Source: Phoronis australis (Eukaryota > Animalia > Phoronida). From it: 64,000 nt of DNA. The translations under genes and the position numbers were made by a program. The notes beneath the pieces are model-generated. The model saw only the letters and a list, made by a program, of their open reading frames with translations. It had not been told where the DNA came from and did not search any database. This document shows, piece by piece, positions 11,751 to 24,299 of this stretch (position 1 is its first letter; each line of letters opens with the position of its first letter). Location of the stretch: positions 629,868-693,867 of the forward strand of contig NMRA01000078.1 in NCBI GenBank assembly GCA_002633005.1, given 5' to 3'.

Positions 11751-12391
11751 GTGAGTTATTTACTTTACATGGTGATGGTAATCTTTCATACGCATAAAAC
11801 TCTTAAAGTTAACAAATTATAAATCCTCAGAAGGAGTCAGTCTGCTCTGTTGGGCGAAATTCACGAGTTCCAGAAGTTCTGTATCTACATTTTCTTGCGT
11901 TATTTCCGGTTAAATACATATTTAGGTAGGCGCATCTTTTTGTGAAATTGCCAATATCCAGAATTGGTGTCTTAGCATGAAACACCCACTAGGATGTCAC
12001 CTGACGCGGCTGAAGGGCTAGCAACTGAATTTTCGTGGGGAACTAGGAAGTGTTCAAATTAAACCAACTTTAAGACGTCCCGTCTCTTTTAAGTTAAATC
12101 TCCTCGCAGGCAACACTTACTATAAGTTATTGTAGCTCATGTCATTGTGTAAATGATCCTTCAATTTAGAATTTCCTCATATGTTTTTCAACAAAAGTAA
12201 GAATAAAAGAAAGGCTTCATTGTCACCAAGATTTGTAGCCGGTAGCTGTCACCATAAAACAGGTGCTGCCAGCTTGTATTGATGTAGTTTGAAAATAATA
12301 TGTGCTCCTCCTGAACTTATTTCGCAGATGTCCTATGTAGTAAATCAGATGACTATTAAGCCCGGGTCCATGTGCCTGCTTTTCTCTATAG

Positions 12392-12616
12392 GAAGGTTAT
12401 GAGTTGGTGTCATATGGCCCTGATCCCGGATTGGGTAAACCGACGCCTGATGCGACCACTGGTGATGACGATGAGACGGTATTTGAGGCACACATGGGTC
12501 TGTGGATCTCAATGATGGTTATAGCTGCCATCTGTGTCATCATCATTATCATCGGCATAATCTACATGTGCTGTCGTCAGCAACGATATGGTTTCTTGAC
12601 ACCCCGCACAGGAAAG
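12392..12616 (+). CDS. Paralog A stalk plus transmembrane exon (EGYELVSYGPDP...GLWISMMVIAAICVIIIIIGIIYMCCRQQRYGFLTPRTGK)
   Basis: ctatag| and |gtaact, 225 nt, phase 0-0; ~24-residue hydrophobic helix followed by YMCCRQQR. Confidence 0.9.
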
Positions 12617-13566
12617 GTAACTGGCAATTAGTCGTTCAGGTTATGTAACACCCAAGAAAAATGTCCCAAGTTTGTCTAACATCGTATCTCAGAAGTAGCT
12701 GGTCGGGTTCAAATAAAACTCTCAGGTGCTGTGTTTTATGCACTGTTTTACAAAGTTATCTTAGGAATTTCTTTTAAAGTTTTCCTCTTTTGTATGAGGG
12801 ACAATCAAATATAGGACTTGCATGATTTTTTTCAAAATTCCTGGACTAAATGCAGTGATGGAAATCCCGGGCAGAATATTGGGATTTTTGGGAACGAATC
12901 ACCTCTGCAGTGTTTTGTGTGATCTCTGTAAAACTTAATGACTATTTTGAAAAAAATNTTTCATACGCATAAAACTCTTAAAGTTAACAAATTATAAATC
13001 CTCAGCAGGAGTCAGTCTGCTCTGTTGGGCGAAATTCACGAGTTCCAGAGGTTCTGTATCTACATTTTCTTGCGTTATTTCTGGTTAAATACATATTTAG
13101 GTAGGCGCATCTTTTTGTGAAATTGCCAATATCCAGAATTGGTGTCTTAGCATGAAACACCCACTAGGATGTCATCTGACGCTGCTGAAGGGCTCGCAAT
13201 TGAATTTTCGTGGGGAACTCGGAAGTTTTCAAATTAAACCAACTTTAAGACGTCCCGTCTCTTTTAAGTTAACTCTCCTCGCAGGCAACACTTACTATAA
13301 GTTATTGTAGCTCATGTCATTGTGTAAATGATCCTTCAGTTTAGAATTTCCTCATATGTTTTTCAACAAAAGTAATAATGAAAGAAAGGCTTCATTGTCA
13401 CCAAGATTTGTAGTCGGTTGCTGTAACCCTAAAACAGGTGCTGACAGCTTGTATTGATGTAGTTTGAAAATAATATGTGCTCCTCCTGAACTTATTTCGC
13501 AGATGTCCTGTGTAGTAAATTAGATGACTCTTAAGCCCGGGTCCATGTTTCTGCTTTTCTCTATAG

Positions 13567-13791
13567 GAAGGTTATGAGTTGGTGTCATATGGCCCTGATC
13601 CCGGATTGGGTAAACCGACGCCTGATGCGACCACTGGTGATGACGATGAGACGGTATTTGAGGCACACATGGGTCTGTGGATCGCAATGATGGTTATAGC
13701 TGCCATCTGTGTCATCATCATTATCATCGGCATAATCTACATGTGCTGTCGTCAGCAACGACATGGTTTCTTGACACCCCGCACAGGAAAG
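13567..13791 (+). CDS. Second copy of the paralog A TM exon (likely other allele; S>A and Y>H differences)
   Basis: Same splice sites; lies inside the N-joined duplicate. Confidence 0.6.
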
Positions 13792-14731
13792 GTAACTGGC
13801 AATTAGTCGTTCAGGTTATGTAACACCCAAGAAAAATGTCCCAAGTTTGTCTAACATCGTATCTCAGAAGTAGCTGGTCGGGTTCAAATAAAACTCTCAG
13901 GTGCTGTGTTTTATGCACTGTTTTACAAAGTTATCTTAGGAATTTCTTTTAAAGTTTTCCTCTTTTGTATGAAGGACAATCAAATATAGGACTTGCATGA
14001 TTTTTTTCAAAATTCCTAGACTAAATGCAGTGATGGAAATCCCGGGCAGAATATTGGGATTTTTGGGAACGAATCACCTCTGCAGTGTTTTGTGTGATCT
14101 CTGTAAAACTTAATGACTATTTTGAAAAAAATGGCGTATTGTTGTACATGATTGCGCACAAATGGATATAATTTTTTGCCCATAGCACTGTTGTGATGAA
14201 CAAGTATTTTGACAGAATACTGTTTTCTCCAGTGAATAATCAGCGTCAAACTGGTTCCCAAAATCCGAGATCCGTGTTGCGACTATTGATGTTTCAAGTA
14301 TTAAGACTGAAATGGAAATTAATTGAAGAAGTTTATCCTCGCTGCAATGGTAGCGATTTCTCTAATTACAGGTGATTTCTCATCTTGTTAAGAACTGAGA
14401 GTTTGTTGTTTCTAGTTATGCACTGAACATGATCCTAAGTAATAGTGAACTGCCGTTTATAATTATTTCAAGCCCACAAGCGGCTTTTCATCTGAGTAGT
14501 GAACAAGTTTAGACAAGTTTCGGAGCGACTGGTGTAGTAGTCAAAACTTGCTTTCTTTTGTCGCTAAAAAGCGGTTGATAGCTTTTATTATGGGATAATT
14601 AGAGCCACTTTCTTCTCCCAATATAGCAATTATCTTGTCACAAGCCTCACTTGGAAACATCGCAGCCTTGATCCTGTGTGGTGTTTTATACGTGTATCTC
14701 TGCCTTCGCTCATTCTGTTCTGGTCTCACAG

Positions 14732-14879
14732 GGGCTAGTGAATGATCCTGAGAGGGGTGAGAACGGTCAGGGCAACCCTATTCCTGATGATGAAATTGTA
14801 AAAGATGAACAACCCATGTTAGAGAAGGAGGTGCCTAATGGAAATGGTGTGCCAATCACAAAGCTGGATGAAGAGAATT
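14732..14879 (+). CDS. Paralog A cytoplasmic exon 1 (GLVNDPERGENGQGNPIPDDEIVKDEQPMLEKEVPNGNGVPITKLDEEN)
   Basis: tcacag| and T|gtaggc, phase 0-1; homologous to B 53398-53542 including the donor context. Confidence 0.85.
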
Positions 14880-15352
14880 GTAGGCGGGACTTGTTGTCAA
14901 TCATGCAGAATTAGTTGGTTGATTGACAGGTGTCGCTCATAACTGTCTTATCTTTCATGTGAAATGTCTTATGGCTTTATTGGTGGATAAACTGTTTTTT
15001 CTTGGTTTCCCTGAATGCGCATTAGTTTATTTATACAGTATGGTATTGTCATTAGAGAAGAAATTAAACAAGAAATTCTTGTTGCAATCATGTATTACAT
15101 TTTCGATTCGGGTGATTAACATAGCACTTAAGAAGGCTTATTCGCTAGTCTTGCTCACTCTAGTCTATGCAAATAATGTAAAAATTGTCACCTTTTTATC
15201 TTTGTTATTTGCGGTGGACACACTGGGCGCATATGAAGACTGTTCCATGCTATGTCAAATGGTGCGGGTGATATTACAACTTTGCATTTTTGGTAAGAGC
15301 TTTTCTTTGGTAAATGATACAGTTAGTAATATTATTGATGTAAGGTTTGCAG

Positions 15353-15426
15353 ATTGAGTGGAACCTATCGATGAGTTAGCCCATGAAGACAAGGACAAAT
15401 CAGAAGGGGATTATACGAGACTGTAA
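15353..15426 (+). CDS. Paralog A last coding exon Y*VEPIDELAHEDKDKSEGDYTRL, with in-frame TGA at 15355-15357
   Basis: tttgcag| acceptor, 74 nt to TAA as in B (54108-54181); the sequence after the stop (ctgtaact.tggtgacgaa) is conserved with B. Confidence 0.8.
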
Positions 15427-18400
15427 CTATGGTGACGAAATTTGGGTCTTGGTGAATTTTACTACGAGCTTGCAAGTCATGTGAACATGATTTTGCAAAA
15501 GTTATGTGTATATAATATGAATGTTTCTGTTGAGTGTTTGGAAGTTGGCCTCTTTAGTACATGAATGTACTGTGAAATCTCATCAGTTTAGGGCACAGGA
15601 AGGTAGACAAGGGAAATTTATATTCACATTTTCTCATAAATAGTGATAAACACCAAAGTACTGATTTGCCATTTTCAAGCTCTGTATTGTGGTTACTGTC
15701 AGGTACTGTTTTGAAAAGGTACGGCATTGACTGGAACTGGCAGCCATCTTTGTCCAAAATTTGTGAGATTTCACAGTATATTTGAAAAATGCAGCACCAC
15801 GCTGCTTTTGTATGTTACAGTCAAATTGACTACTGTGTCAAATATGTTACATCTATGATACAGGATAAAAATCACTATTAGACTTTTAATGCTGGTGTTT
15901 GTTTTTTGATGGACTTTGTCCTGGGTTCATAACAAAAAGTATAGTCGCATCTGTGAACAAATATGGAACGTAGTGATAGAGTTGGAAACAAGAGGATGTG
16001 TTTTATGTAGTGTCCAAGTCACCAGGCGCAGTGTGTCCTGTTTCTGTGGAGAACGTGGCAGGATACGTGTCACCATTTTAGGTCATGTGATTTTAGATCA
16101 ACTTTTAACTCATCGGTATTGCGCGTCACCGTTTTTTATATTTTCAATTCAAGGTGTTCAGTTTATGCGCAATTTGTGCATCCGCTGATCCGTTTTATTA
16201 AAGTGCAATTAAACAGATCTGGTACTAGAACGTGCCAAACATTGAAGTTGTGGTTTTAATCCAAAACGCCTCAAATGTATAATGATATTCACCGTGCTAT
16301 ATTTGTTTTACTTGTTTGTCAGCAAAATACGAGTTCGTAGTTACCAGTGGTTAAGAACTGATAGTTGGTAATCATAGGACATTTTTAATAGGCAATTCTA
16401 TTTAGAAGTCTGATAACCAACTGGAATTGTGTCTACCACATGCACTACCGCTCAAGGTTGCTGGTTTTGGCTGTAAAAATCAAATTTTTGTTCCACCATG
16501 CAGGTGTGTTCAGTTTACATGTACAAATGTAATGTTTCACGCTTTAGCCAAAAGTATGTCAGGTTACAGCCCAGGGTTTTCATTCTGAACAATTTCTTAA
16601 CAGTAAGATGTGCTAGTTAACCTCCTGTCTAGCTCACAATATGTCGGAGGTGAGAGATTTTGTTTTTAAAATAGGTAATATCTCACAAGAAAGATAAATT
16701 AAGAAAAATTTAATTCATTGTTAACTTGGTGTTTACCGTGTGGAAATTGTATAAGAGCACTTGACTAGTTTCCTCTTGTTTTGGGCGAGGTAATCGGTTT
16801 TTGAAAAAGACAAATGTCAATTTTGGAAATCATTTTGTGAAAAACAGGGAAAGAGTTACCCTAACTGTCTATAACTCTTAATTGTTTTTATTATCTCGAT
16901 GTGGCCAGTTTTTGAAAAAGGGAAAATGGTAATTGTTTTGTGTGAAACACACGTTTTTCAGTCCATTCTCATGGCAATAATTTATGTAAAAGTGTCATAA
17001 TCAGTTGTAGTAATTAGTTTTAGCGTTGTAAACATGTTGTCAACTATTAGTTTTGTAGGTGCTAAGCGCAATTATTGTTCTTTGTAATCATAACTGTTTT
17101 GTACCTTTCAATTATTGTAAGATATTTTCTGGCGGTGGTGTCAGAGATGTCTTATCTTATTTTTAGGGTTTCCTAGTCCAGTTCTCTGCCCATTGTCGTA
17201 TGAGTGTATGACTCGCATGGCAATTACATATCATGATGATTTCCGATTGAAATTCTCTTCAACACACCGCATTAAGTTACCTCTTATTGGCTAGTTTTTA
17301 TTGTTCTTTCTACGTAGAAAAAATACCCTAAATTAGATTTTGTGTAGGAGTTCAGTTTCAGAACCCTAACAGGGTGTTATATTGCAATATATTTCAGTCA
17401 GTCAGTGTTTAATTTCTGTGCAGTCTTCGCTTGTGCGAAAATTGCCCTGGTCTACTCAAAAGGAACTTAGATCAGTGCTCATCATCAGGAGAATTGATGA
17501 CAGAGGTTCTTGTACAAATCTGTTGACGAAGTTCATAGTGCCATCAAAAAGCAGGGTTTCTAATGGGGCTGGTACATCACAACTTGGGCCATCCCAGGCT
17601 GGCGCGATTTTTAAAATCTAATAAGATCTTGTTTGTTATTGATTCTTTTCGGTACTCTATTATACGCAATCACAACACACAGCCCAATGGACCACTTGCA
17701 GGCTTCTCAAACTTAGCAAAAAGAGGGACAAAATCACCATCTTGTTACGTAACCTTGCATAAGGTACCTTTGGCCTTGCAACTAGAAACTAGCATGGGTT
17801 CTATCAATCCTTAGGCGAATGTGCAGTAGCAGGTTAGCACCATGCAGTGAATGGACTTGGGTTAAAGTGCTTTCCGTCGCGCAAAAGGTCTTTGGTTTAT
17901 CTGTCACACTCCTAAGAGTTTCACAATACTCAGTGGAGCTATACTTTCATCCCCAGGTGCTGTAAAGCACGCAGTGAAGATCATTAGTCGATGGCATAAA
18001 ACCGCCACATGTTGACTGCACCCTTGGCGGACTATTGAGTGAAACGAGTAGCGTGATAGGACAGAGATAAGTGAGGGGAAACGATCCCTTATTGTAAGCG
18101 TGACGTTCATAGATCCCTCGATATTGTAGGCACGTTTCTTCACCCTTCATTTGTAGATACAGTGCTGACCTGTCGCTCGTTAGTGTAAGGGCAACGGTTC
18201 CGTCCATCCAGGACTGCCTACCGTTTTAATGTCCCAACTTGAAGAAACAGAAAAAGCTTAAAATAATGAAAACTGTACTAACAGTAGAACATACATAGGT
18301 AGGATGCAAATGGGCCTGTGTAAGAGATTTATCGGTGTAAATCGAAGTCTGACGTATCTGAGGGGACGAGAGTTTTTTCCTGGGTTATGAGAGAGCAACT

Positions 18401-18773
18401 TGCACGAATTTTACTGTATGATGGTTACACAAAGGGATGGTCGGTACAAAACAGTTTTCGTACGATTTTAGCCAGCTGTAAGTTCAGGCGCGGCCGCGTT
18501 ATGCGGGAAATTGTTGTTCATTTTCTTCTTATAGTTGCTGGTGACGCTTGTTCAACATATCATGAACTGCATACCAGTTCTTCTGTAGCCTTCTGGTTTC
18601 TCGTGGTGCCCAATTGAAAGTCATAATATGATTAAGATTTGAACACTGAATCAAGAGTCTTACTTTTTGAACACGAGTTTGTTATGTGTTAGTAACGTTA
18701 AATTTTCCAGCAAGACTCGCCAAATAAAGGTCAATCAATACCAAACTTCTGTGGTCTACTTTATAAAAAATAG

Positions 18774-19546
18774 CTTAAACCGTCTATGGCAGGAAAACCA
18801 ACCGTTGAAAATCAATACCCTTCCATTCCTAAGTTCTCTGGTCAATCCTTAGTAGGGAATTAAAAAAACAGAGTTCCAACGGTTGAGTTTTCGTCAATCG
18901 GCGCAGAATTTAGCACCACTTTGCCCTACACCGAAAAACAGCGAATTTGTCGAAGATTCCTCGTCCTCACTTAAAATGTCTATGGCAGGAAATCCAACCG
19001 TTGAAAATCGATGCCCTTCCTTTCCTAGGTCTTCTGGTCCTCGCTTAGTAGGGAAATAGAAAAAAAAACAACTTCCAACGGTTGAGTTTTAGTCAATCGG
19101 CTCAGAACTTTGCACCACTTTGCCCTACACAGAATTTTCGGAGATTCCGCGCCCTCACTTAAATGATGTCACGGAATCTGAGTCAAATTCACATTTTTAG
19201 GGTAAAGTCGTACAAAGTTCTGCTGCGATTGACGAAAACTCAAACGTTTGTTTTTTGCTATTTCCCCACGAAGGGAGGGCCAGAGGACCTAGTTTTGGAA
19301 ATGCATCGATTTCCAACTGTTGGTTTTTAGGCCATAGACGATTTAATTGAGGTCGCGGAATCTCAAGCAAATTCGCAGTTTTTCGGTGTAGGGCAAAATC
19401 GTACAAAGTTCTGCGCCAATTGACGAAAACTCAAAGGTTGAAAGTCGTTTTTTTTTTGCTATTTCCCTACTGAAAGTGGGCCTGAGGACTTAGGAAAGGA
19501 AGAGCATCGATTTTCAAGTGTTGGTTTTCTGGACACAGGCGATTTA
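18774..19546. mobile_element. Foldback-like element: two forward and two reverse-complement ~195-bp units
   Basis: Unit gtctatggcagga..ccaaccgttgaaaatc...gagttttcgtcaatcggcgcagaa...ctttgccctacac at ~18774 and ~18970; inverted units at ~19198-19345 and ~19346-19546; TTAA at both outer ends. Confidence 0.75.
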
Positions 19547-21479
19547 ATGTCAGACACGGCAGTCCAAAATCGTGCTATCGATGATTTTTGTGACCAGCTT
19601 CGTCCATATGCGTCGTTAGCAGCCTGCTGGGTAGCAGTGAACACTTAGGCTGTAGCCAAGGGGCCCTAGAATTTATGTACTAGGCGTATGTCAGGTTCGG
19701 CTGGTTGCTCGAGAAAAGTATTGAAAACAGATGCCAGGAAACTAATTTACTTGTGTTTTTGATTGAGAAAAGTCAAGTTTTTTAGCCGTGAACTACTTTT
19801 GATGAACAACTGTGGCTGTCGTTTGCTTTCAACTCCTGTTGTCTGCTGTCCAAGAAACCGGGTGCTATTTCAGGTGGCTGTCAGATAGATCAAAATTGCC
19901 AAAAAGTAGCTGGTAAGGGACATACTATGACCACAATTTTAGAATTTAGATAGTGCGAGCATTCTGGATATGTAGTCGGATTTTTTCTAGCGCTTGCAGG
20001 GAAGTCGTAATTTTGTGGAGAAAACTGACTAATGTTTACGTTGATAGCCAGGATAATAATCAGTTGAGTGTTGAGGAAGTCGACATACAGAGACTGGTGT
20101 TTACTTGAACTGTTGGCCGGATGCTGTTCCAGTTGAACAACAACATAATTTTTTATGGCCTGAGTGCTCTGCAGAAATCTGGACATTTAGTAAAACTGAG
20201 AAGTATGCTTGCGTTACACAGGAAATAGTTTTTGATATGGACTTTGGTTGACAGTGACTTTCGATTGTATGATTATTCAATTGAACAGTTTGAAGTAAAT
20301 CAATTGATGACACTTTGCTCATAACACTGATTTTGATAGCGGTGTCGTTTGCTTGCACTTGGCACAAACCCGATTCCTTGTGTCGCTACGCTGTTGGAAC
20401 TGTAATCGAACTTGTCTTGGACTATGAAGAATTGCCTTCGTGTGTTTTGGCAGAAAATGGTTGCTAAGACACTGTTGAGTGGATTGAGAGTTACCGTCAA
20501 AATTTAGTGAAAATCATCTTTAGTTCTAGCAAGTCCATGGAGACAGCAGAAATCGCTAATTGACACTGCAGGATGACCAGAAAGGAAAAAACCTACATGC
20601 ATGGTGCTAGAATGAACACTGACTACATTCTGCTAAAAATGACATGAAAGCTGCGTTTTATATTATTTATAACAGGATATAACAAAGAAAAATGCATTGC
20701 TAACTTTCTTTCTCGCGTTTCTCAAAATGGGAATTTTTGGGCAAAGAAATGTTGTAAATAAAAAAACTGTTTGAGGTATACTCATAAAGGTTGGCATGCA
20801 GTATCTTTGCATATATATTTACAATACTACAGAAGCATTTTTTCAAAATCTCAACTGAAAAAAATTATGATTTCTGAAAATTTGTTTATTCTCGATTGTT
20901 TTTTTTCAACTTTCAAGGCCGTATAAAAATAATGTTACGAATTTTTAAACTTCCTTCTGTGGTTTTGTTGATCATTACTTTAACATAAATCACAGAAAAC
21001 AGATCAGAAATATGTAAACAGGTTAATGAGTTATAACGTTTCTCGTGGATGCACCAATGTTACGTATTTTTTGGCGTTACCATGACAACCGAATATTTTT
21101 TTCTCGAATTTGGTTGCCAATATATGAGTAGTCAAACCTTGTTTTAAGTGATATGTATTTATTGAAGAATACACAAGACGTACAAAGAAATGATGACAAA
21201 CCCAGAAATCGCGAAGCATTATATCTCGGTTGTAAACAATTCATAAATGAAACTAAAATACATAGAGATATATACATTTAAGTAGTATCTAATATAAGTA
21301 TCCCAATATTTAGATATGTTTTTGCGAATATATAAAAACAAAAACATGTACATATTCATGTATGGAAGTCAGGAGCAGAGATATTGATAAACGATACATA
21401 AAAATTTGCTAACGTTGCTTAGAAGGAATTCAATGAGAACGACGTCAAAAATAAGACAACCATTCAATAATAATGTAAC

Positions 21480-22650
21480 TTTAGTAGGGATATTATTACA
21501 AGAATTGAGAACATTAACAATTGAGTGCACGAAAGAGTGAGTCTCTCAGGTATTCGATGAGGGGACATTTGAAAAAAATATGAGGATAAGATAGATGGTC
21601 ACCACATTTACAGTTTGGAGAAACATTACTAAAGTTATGCCTAAACTTGTCAGAATTGAGGAAAAGACCACATCTTGATTTGTACAATGCTATTTCGTTA
21701 TCGCGTGGAAGGGAGAATTGAGTTAAGGGTGCAAAAAGCCCACACACACTTTTATCTTGGACCGCTCGAGGTCAAGGACGGTACGGAAATTGCCGGTTTG
21801 TCGCGTAAAATCACGATATCGATAACTCTACACTTAGCCGCCAGGAGAAAACTATTGAGTACTTCTGTAACTCATCGGCAATTTCCGTACCGTCCTTGAC
21901 CTCTTGCGGTCCAAGATAAAAGTGTTTATGGGCTTTTTGTGAACATTTTTGTTCTCTGACAGCGAATTTCTTACGAAGTCGCCGGAACAGGACACTGCGA
22001 ATGGTATTACAAGAAAGAACAATTACTAATGGTTTGCTGAAACCCTGTTTTGTGTAAATTCATTGAGTTTTGTGTTTGATATGGACGGCTGAAGTGAAGC
22101 ACCCGTGGAATTTCTGGTCGGGAGTGTCATACCTTGTAGTATTATATGTAGTGTATTGGGGACGATCAGAAGCTGAGGACCCTATGTGTAAGACCAGAGA
22201 AACTCACTCTTCTCGAGGCACTCAACGGATAGCCGGATTTAACAATTAATACACCAATGCTTATTGGCAATTCAAGGGTTGTTAAATGAATAAGGTAGTC
22301 TGGACAATTAGAGGAGTCATTTTTAAACAACATAATTATATCGTAGACTCGATTACAGGTAAATAAATAGCAACTTAGTTGAAAAGCGCAACATATAAAT
22401 TCACTCTTGGGAAACCAGTTAGTTCTGTTGCAAGTGAATACAAAACACATATGTATTTGAAGACATAATAAGGAAATTCGGGTGATAATGATTGACCTAA
22501 AGATATGTACAGAGGAAATATGACCAACATAGCAACAGACAAAAGAAGGTGAAAAATAAGAGTTTCAACACTCAAATGCGCTGAAGAAAACAAAAAATGA
22601 AGTATTGAAGATCTCTTACTATGGATAACTCAACTGTAACACGTTTTAGA
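21480..22650 (-). mobile_element. Degenerate LINE 3' region (CR1/L2-like), interrupted by a MITE
   Basis: Minus-strand peptide LNSDKFRHNFSNVSPNCKCGDHLSYPHIFFKCPLIEYLR resembles the C-terminal CxC..H..C motif of non-LTR ORF2; boundaries approximate. Confidence 0.6.
21732..21939. mobile_element. MITE with ~64-bp near-perfect terminal inverted repeats
   Basis: caaaaagccca..cacttttatcttggaccgc..gaggtcaaggacggtacggaaattgccg pairs with cggcaatttccgtaccgtccttgacctc..gcggtccaagataaaagtg..tgggctttttg. Confidence 0.85.
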
Positions 22651-24299
22651 ATTGATATAAGGCCATAAGTGCTTACCACTATAGGTCACCCACTAATGAC
22701 TAATCAGCTCATGTGTTCGGTGTTGTCTTCTGAATTGAAGTTAACTTTCTCACGGATAGGAACACCTTTTTTCACAGGGATTATTTGAACTTGAAACTCA
22801 TTATAAACTCAATTATGGTGACAGAAAGTGCTCAACGTGATTTTTTCACGGGCAAGATAAAACAGTAATAAATCAATTAATGTTATGTGGAACCATTCTG
22901 AAACCCACAACAAAAATCACATGTAGTTGTAGAATCTGCACCTGACTGACAGAGAACAGAACAAGTGTCTAGAAATTAAAATCAATACCATAGTAAGTGA
23001 AAGGTGTCAATAACACGACCGAACAGAAATGCCACACAAAATCAAAGTGACGTGTAAGTTTATCCTGACCAACTATTTGGTATGGAGTTTCCTCAAAATC
23101 AACGTTCTGCGAAACACAACAGTCGGAAAAATAATAATTATATAAGTGACAGCCACTAAGGCCGGAGCTCACACATAAGAATCATTGTCTTATGTGAATA
23201 TCATGCAATGTACGATTCCGTCACACATTTAAATTAAAATGTGGGAAACATGTTTTTTCGACAACCAAAAACAACACATAAGTACAGTCTGTAAGCAGTT
23301 GCAAAGATACTATATTACGTTTTTGGTAAGGGTGAGTGTTGCCGTACTCGGCTATGCGTATCTGTTCGAACTAGATTCTGGAGTGATCCTGCTCATTAAT
23401 ACGACAGCACTTAGAGTGTAATTTTGTGCATACGAGATATGACGCATAACATATCTAGAACAGAGTAAAAACTAAAAGTGACTTTGCGAATATACCAAAA
23501 ATACTGAATTTTGCGCTTTGTTGAACTGGCTAAGAACGAATATCGTATCGACCTATTTACTCTCATGAAAAATCCGGGATCTCGTAATATTCCTCACCAT
23601 TATAGGGAGATATTTCCGTTAGCAACAAGAGCACCACTTGAAAAAGCACATCAGAGTTCTTTGGGGTTGGTTGACCTTGAAACAGCGAATGGCGAAAAAC
23701 GAAATAGCGGTGGCTTGAAAATAACAAAAATGGTGACACATATCTGCATTTTGACCTACTGCTATAATTTTTCACGATGCCCACAAATTTTCATAACATT
23801 TTCTGAGTGTAGCTTGTACATGGCAAATCGTTACTTTGATGATTCTTACAACTTATGAAAAAGTGTGCAAACAAAACACAATGCCTGCCGTATTTTGTCC
23901 TGAACACTGGCTTGGTCACGAGGGTCACAAATGGGCCATGGTTCTCTGTTCGCTGGAGTGAGCCCCCTATCCAGATTGAAATTCAATTTAATATTGCGTT
24001 TGCCTACCCTTGCTCATTACTGTGTGATTAAATCAGATTTGGGTCAAGTCATAAAAGGAACATAAAAATCAGCGCAACCACGTAGATTTTTTGCTCAACG
24101 TTTTGCTTTCAAGCAGTTTAAAGACAGTAAACCAACGAACACTCAACACAGTCAATCAGACAAACACTAACTGTACAAACAACGACTATACTCAAACACA
24201 GCAAACTACCATAGAGTCAAGGCAACAGAGGTCTGCCCCGGGTCGTCTCATTAAAAATTCTTGCATCGCTATGCGAGTGGTCCTGAATTTATAAGATTT

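Larger units (their letters stand above)
11784..14132. repeat. ~1.17-kb direct duplication across a single-N contig join (N at 12958), probably allelic overlap
   Basis: 11784-12957 and 12959-14132 are roughly 97-98% identical by eye, and the boundary is exactly at the N. Confidence 0.85.
4307..15426 (+). other. Gene model paralog A: CD34/podocalyxin-like type I membrane mucin, 9 coding exons in window, signal-peptide exon not found
   Basis: Exons 4307-4417, 6181-6339, 7398-7495, 8295-8354, 10532-10724, 11683-11750, 12392-12616 (duplicated at 13567-13791), 14732-14879 and 15353-15426 all have AG/GT boundaries with compatible phases. Most have same-phase counterparts in paralog B. One in-frame TGA at 15355. 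Confidence 0.8.

Noticed and set aside
14923-15357. 144-aa hydrophobic ORF
   Set aside because: It lies in the last intron of A, is T-rich, has no recognisable motif and has no counterpart in B.
15355-15357. Selenocysteine recoding of the in-frame TGA
   Set aside because: The homologous residue is Trp, not Cys, and I could not identify a SECIS element by eye.
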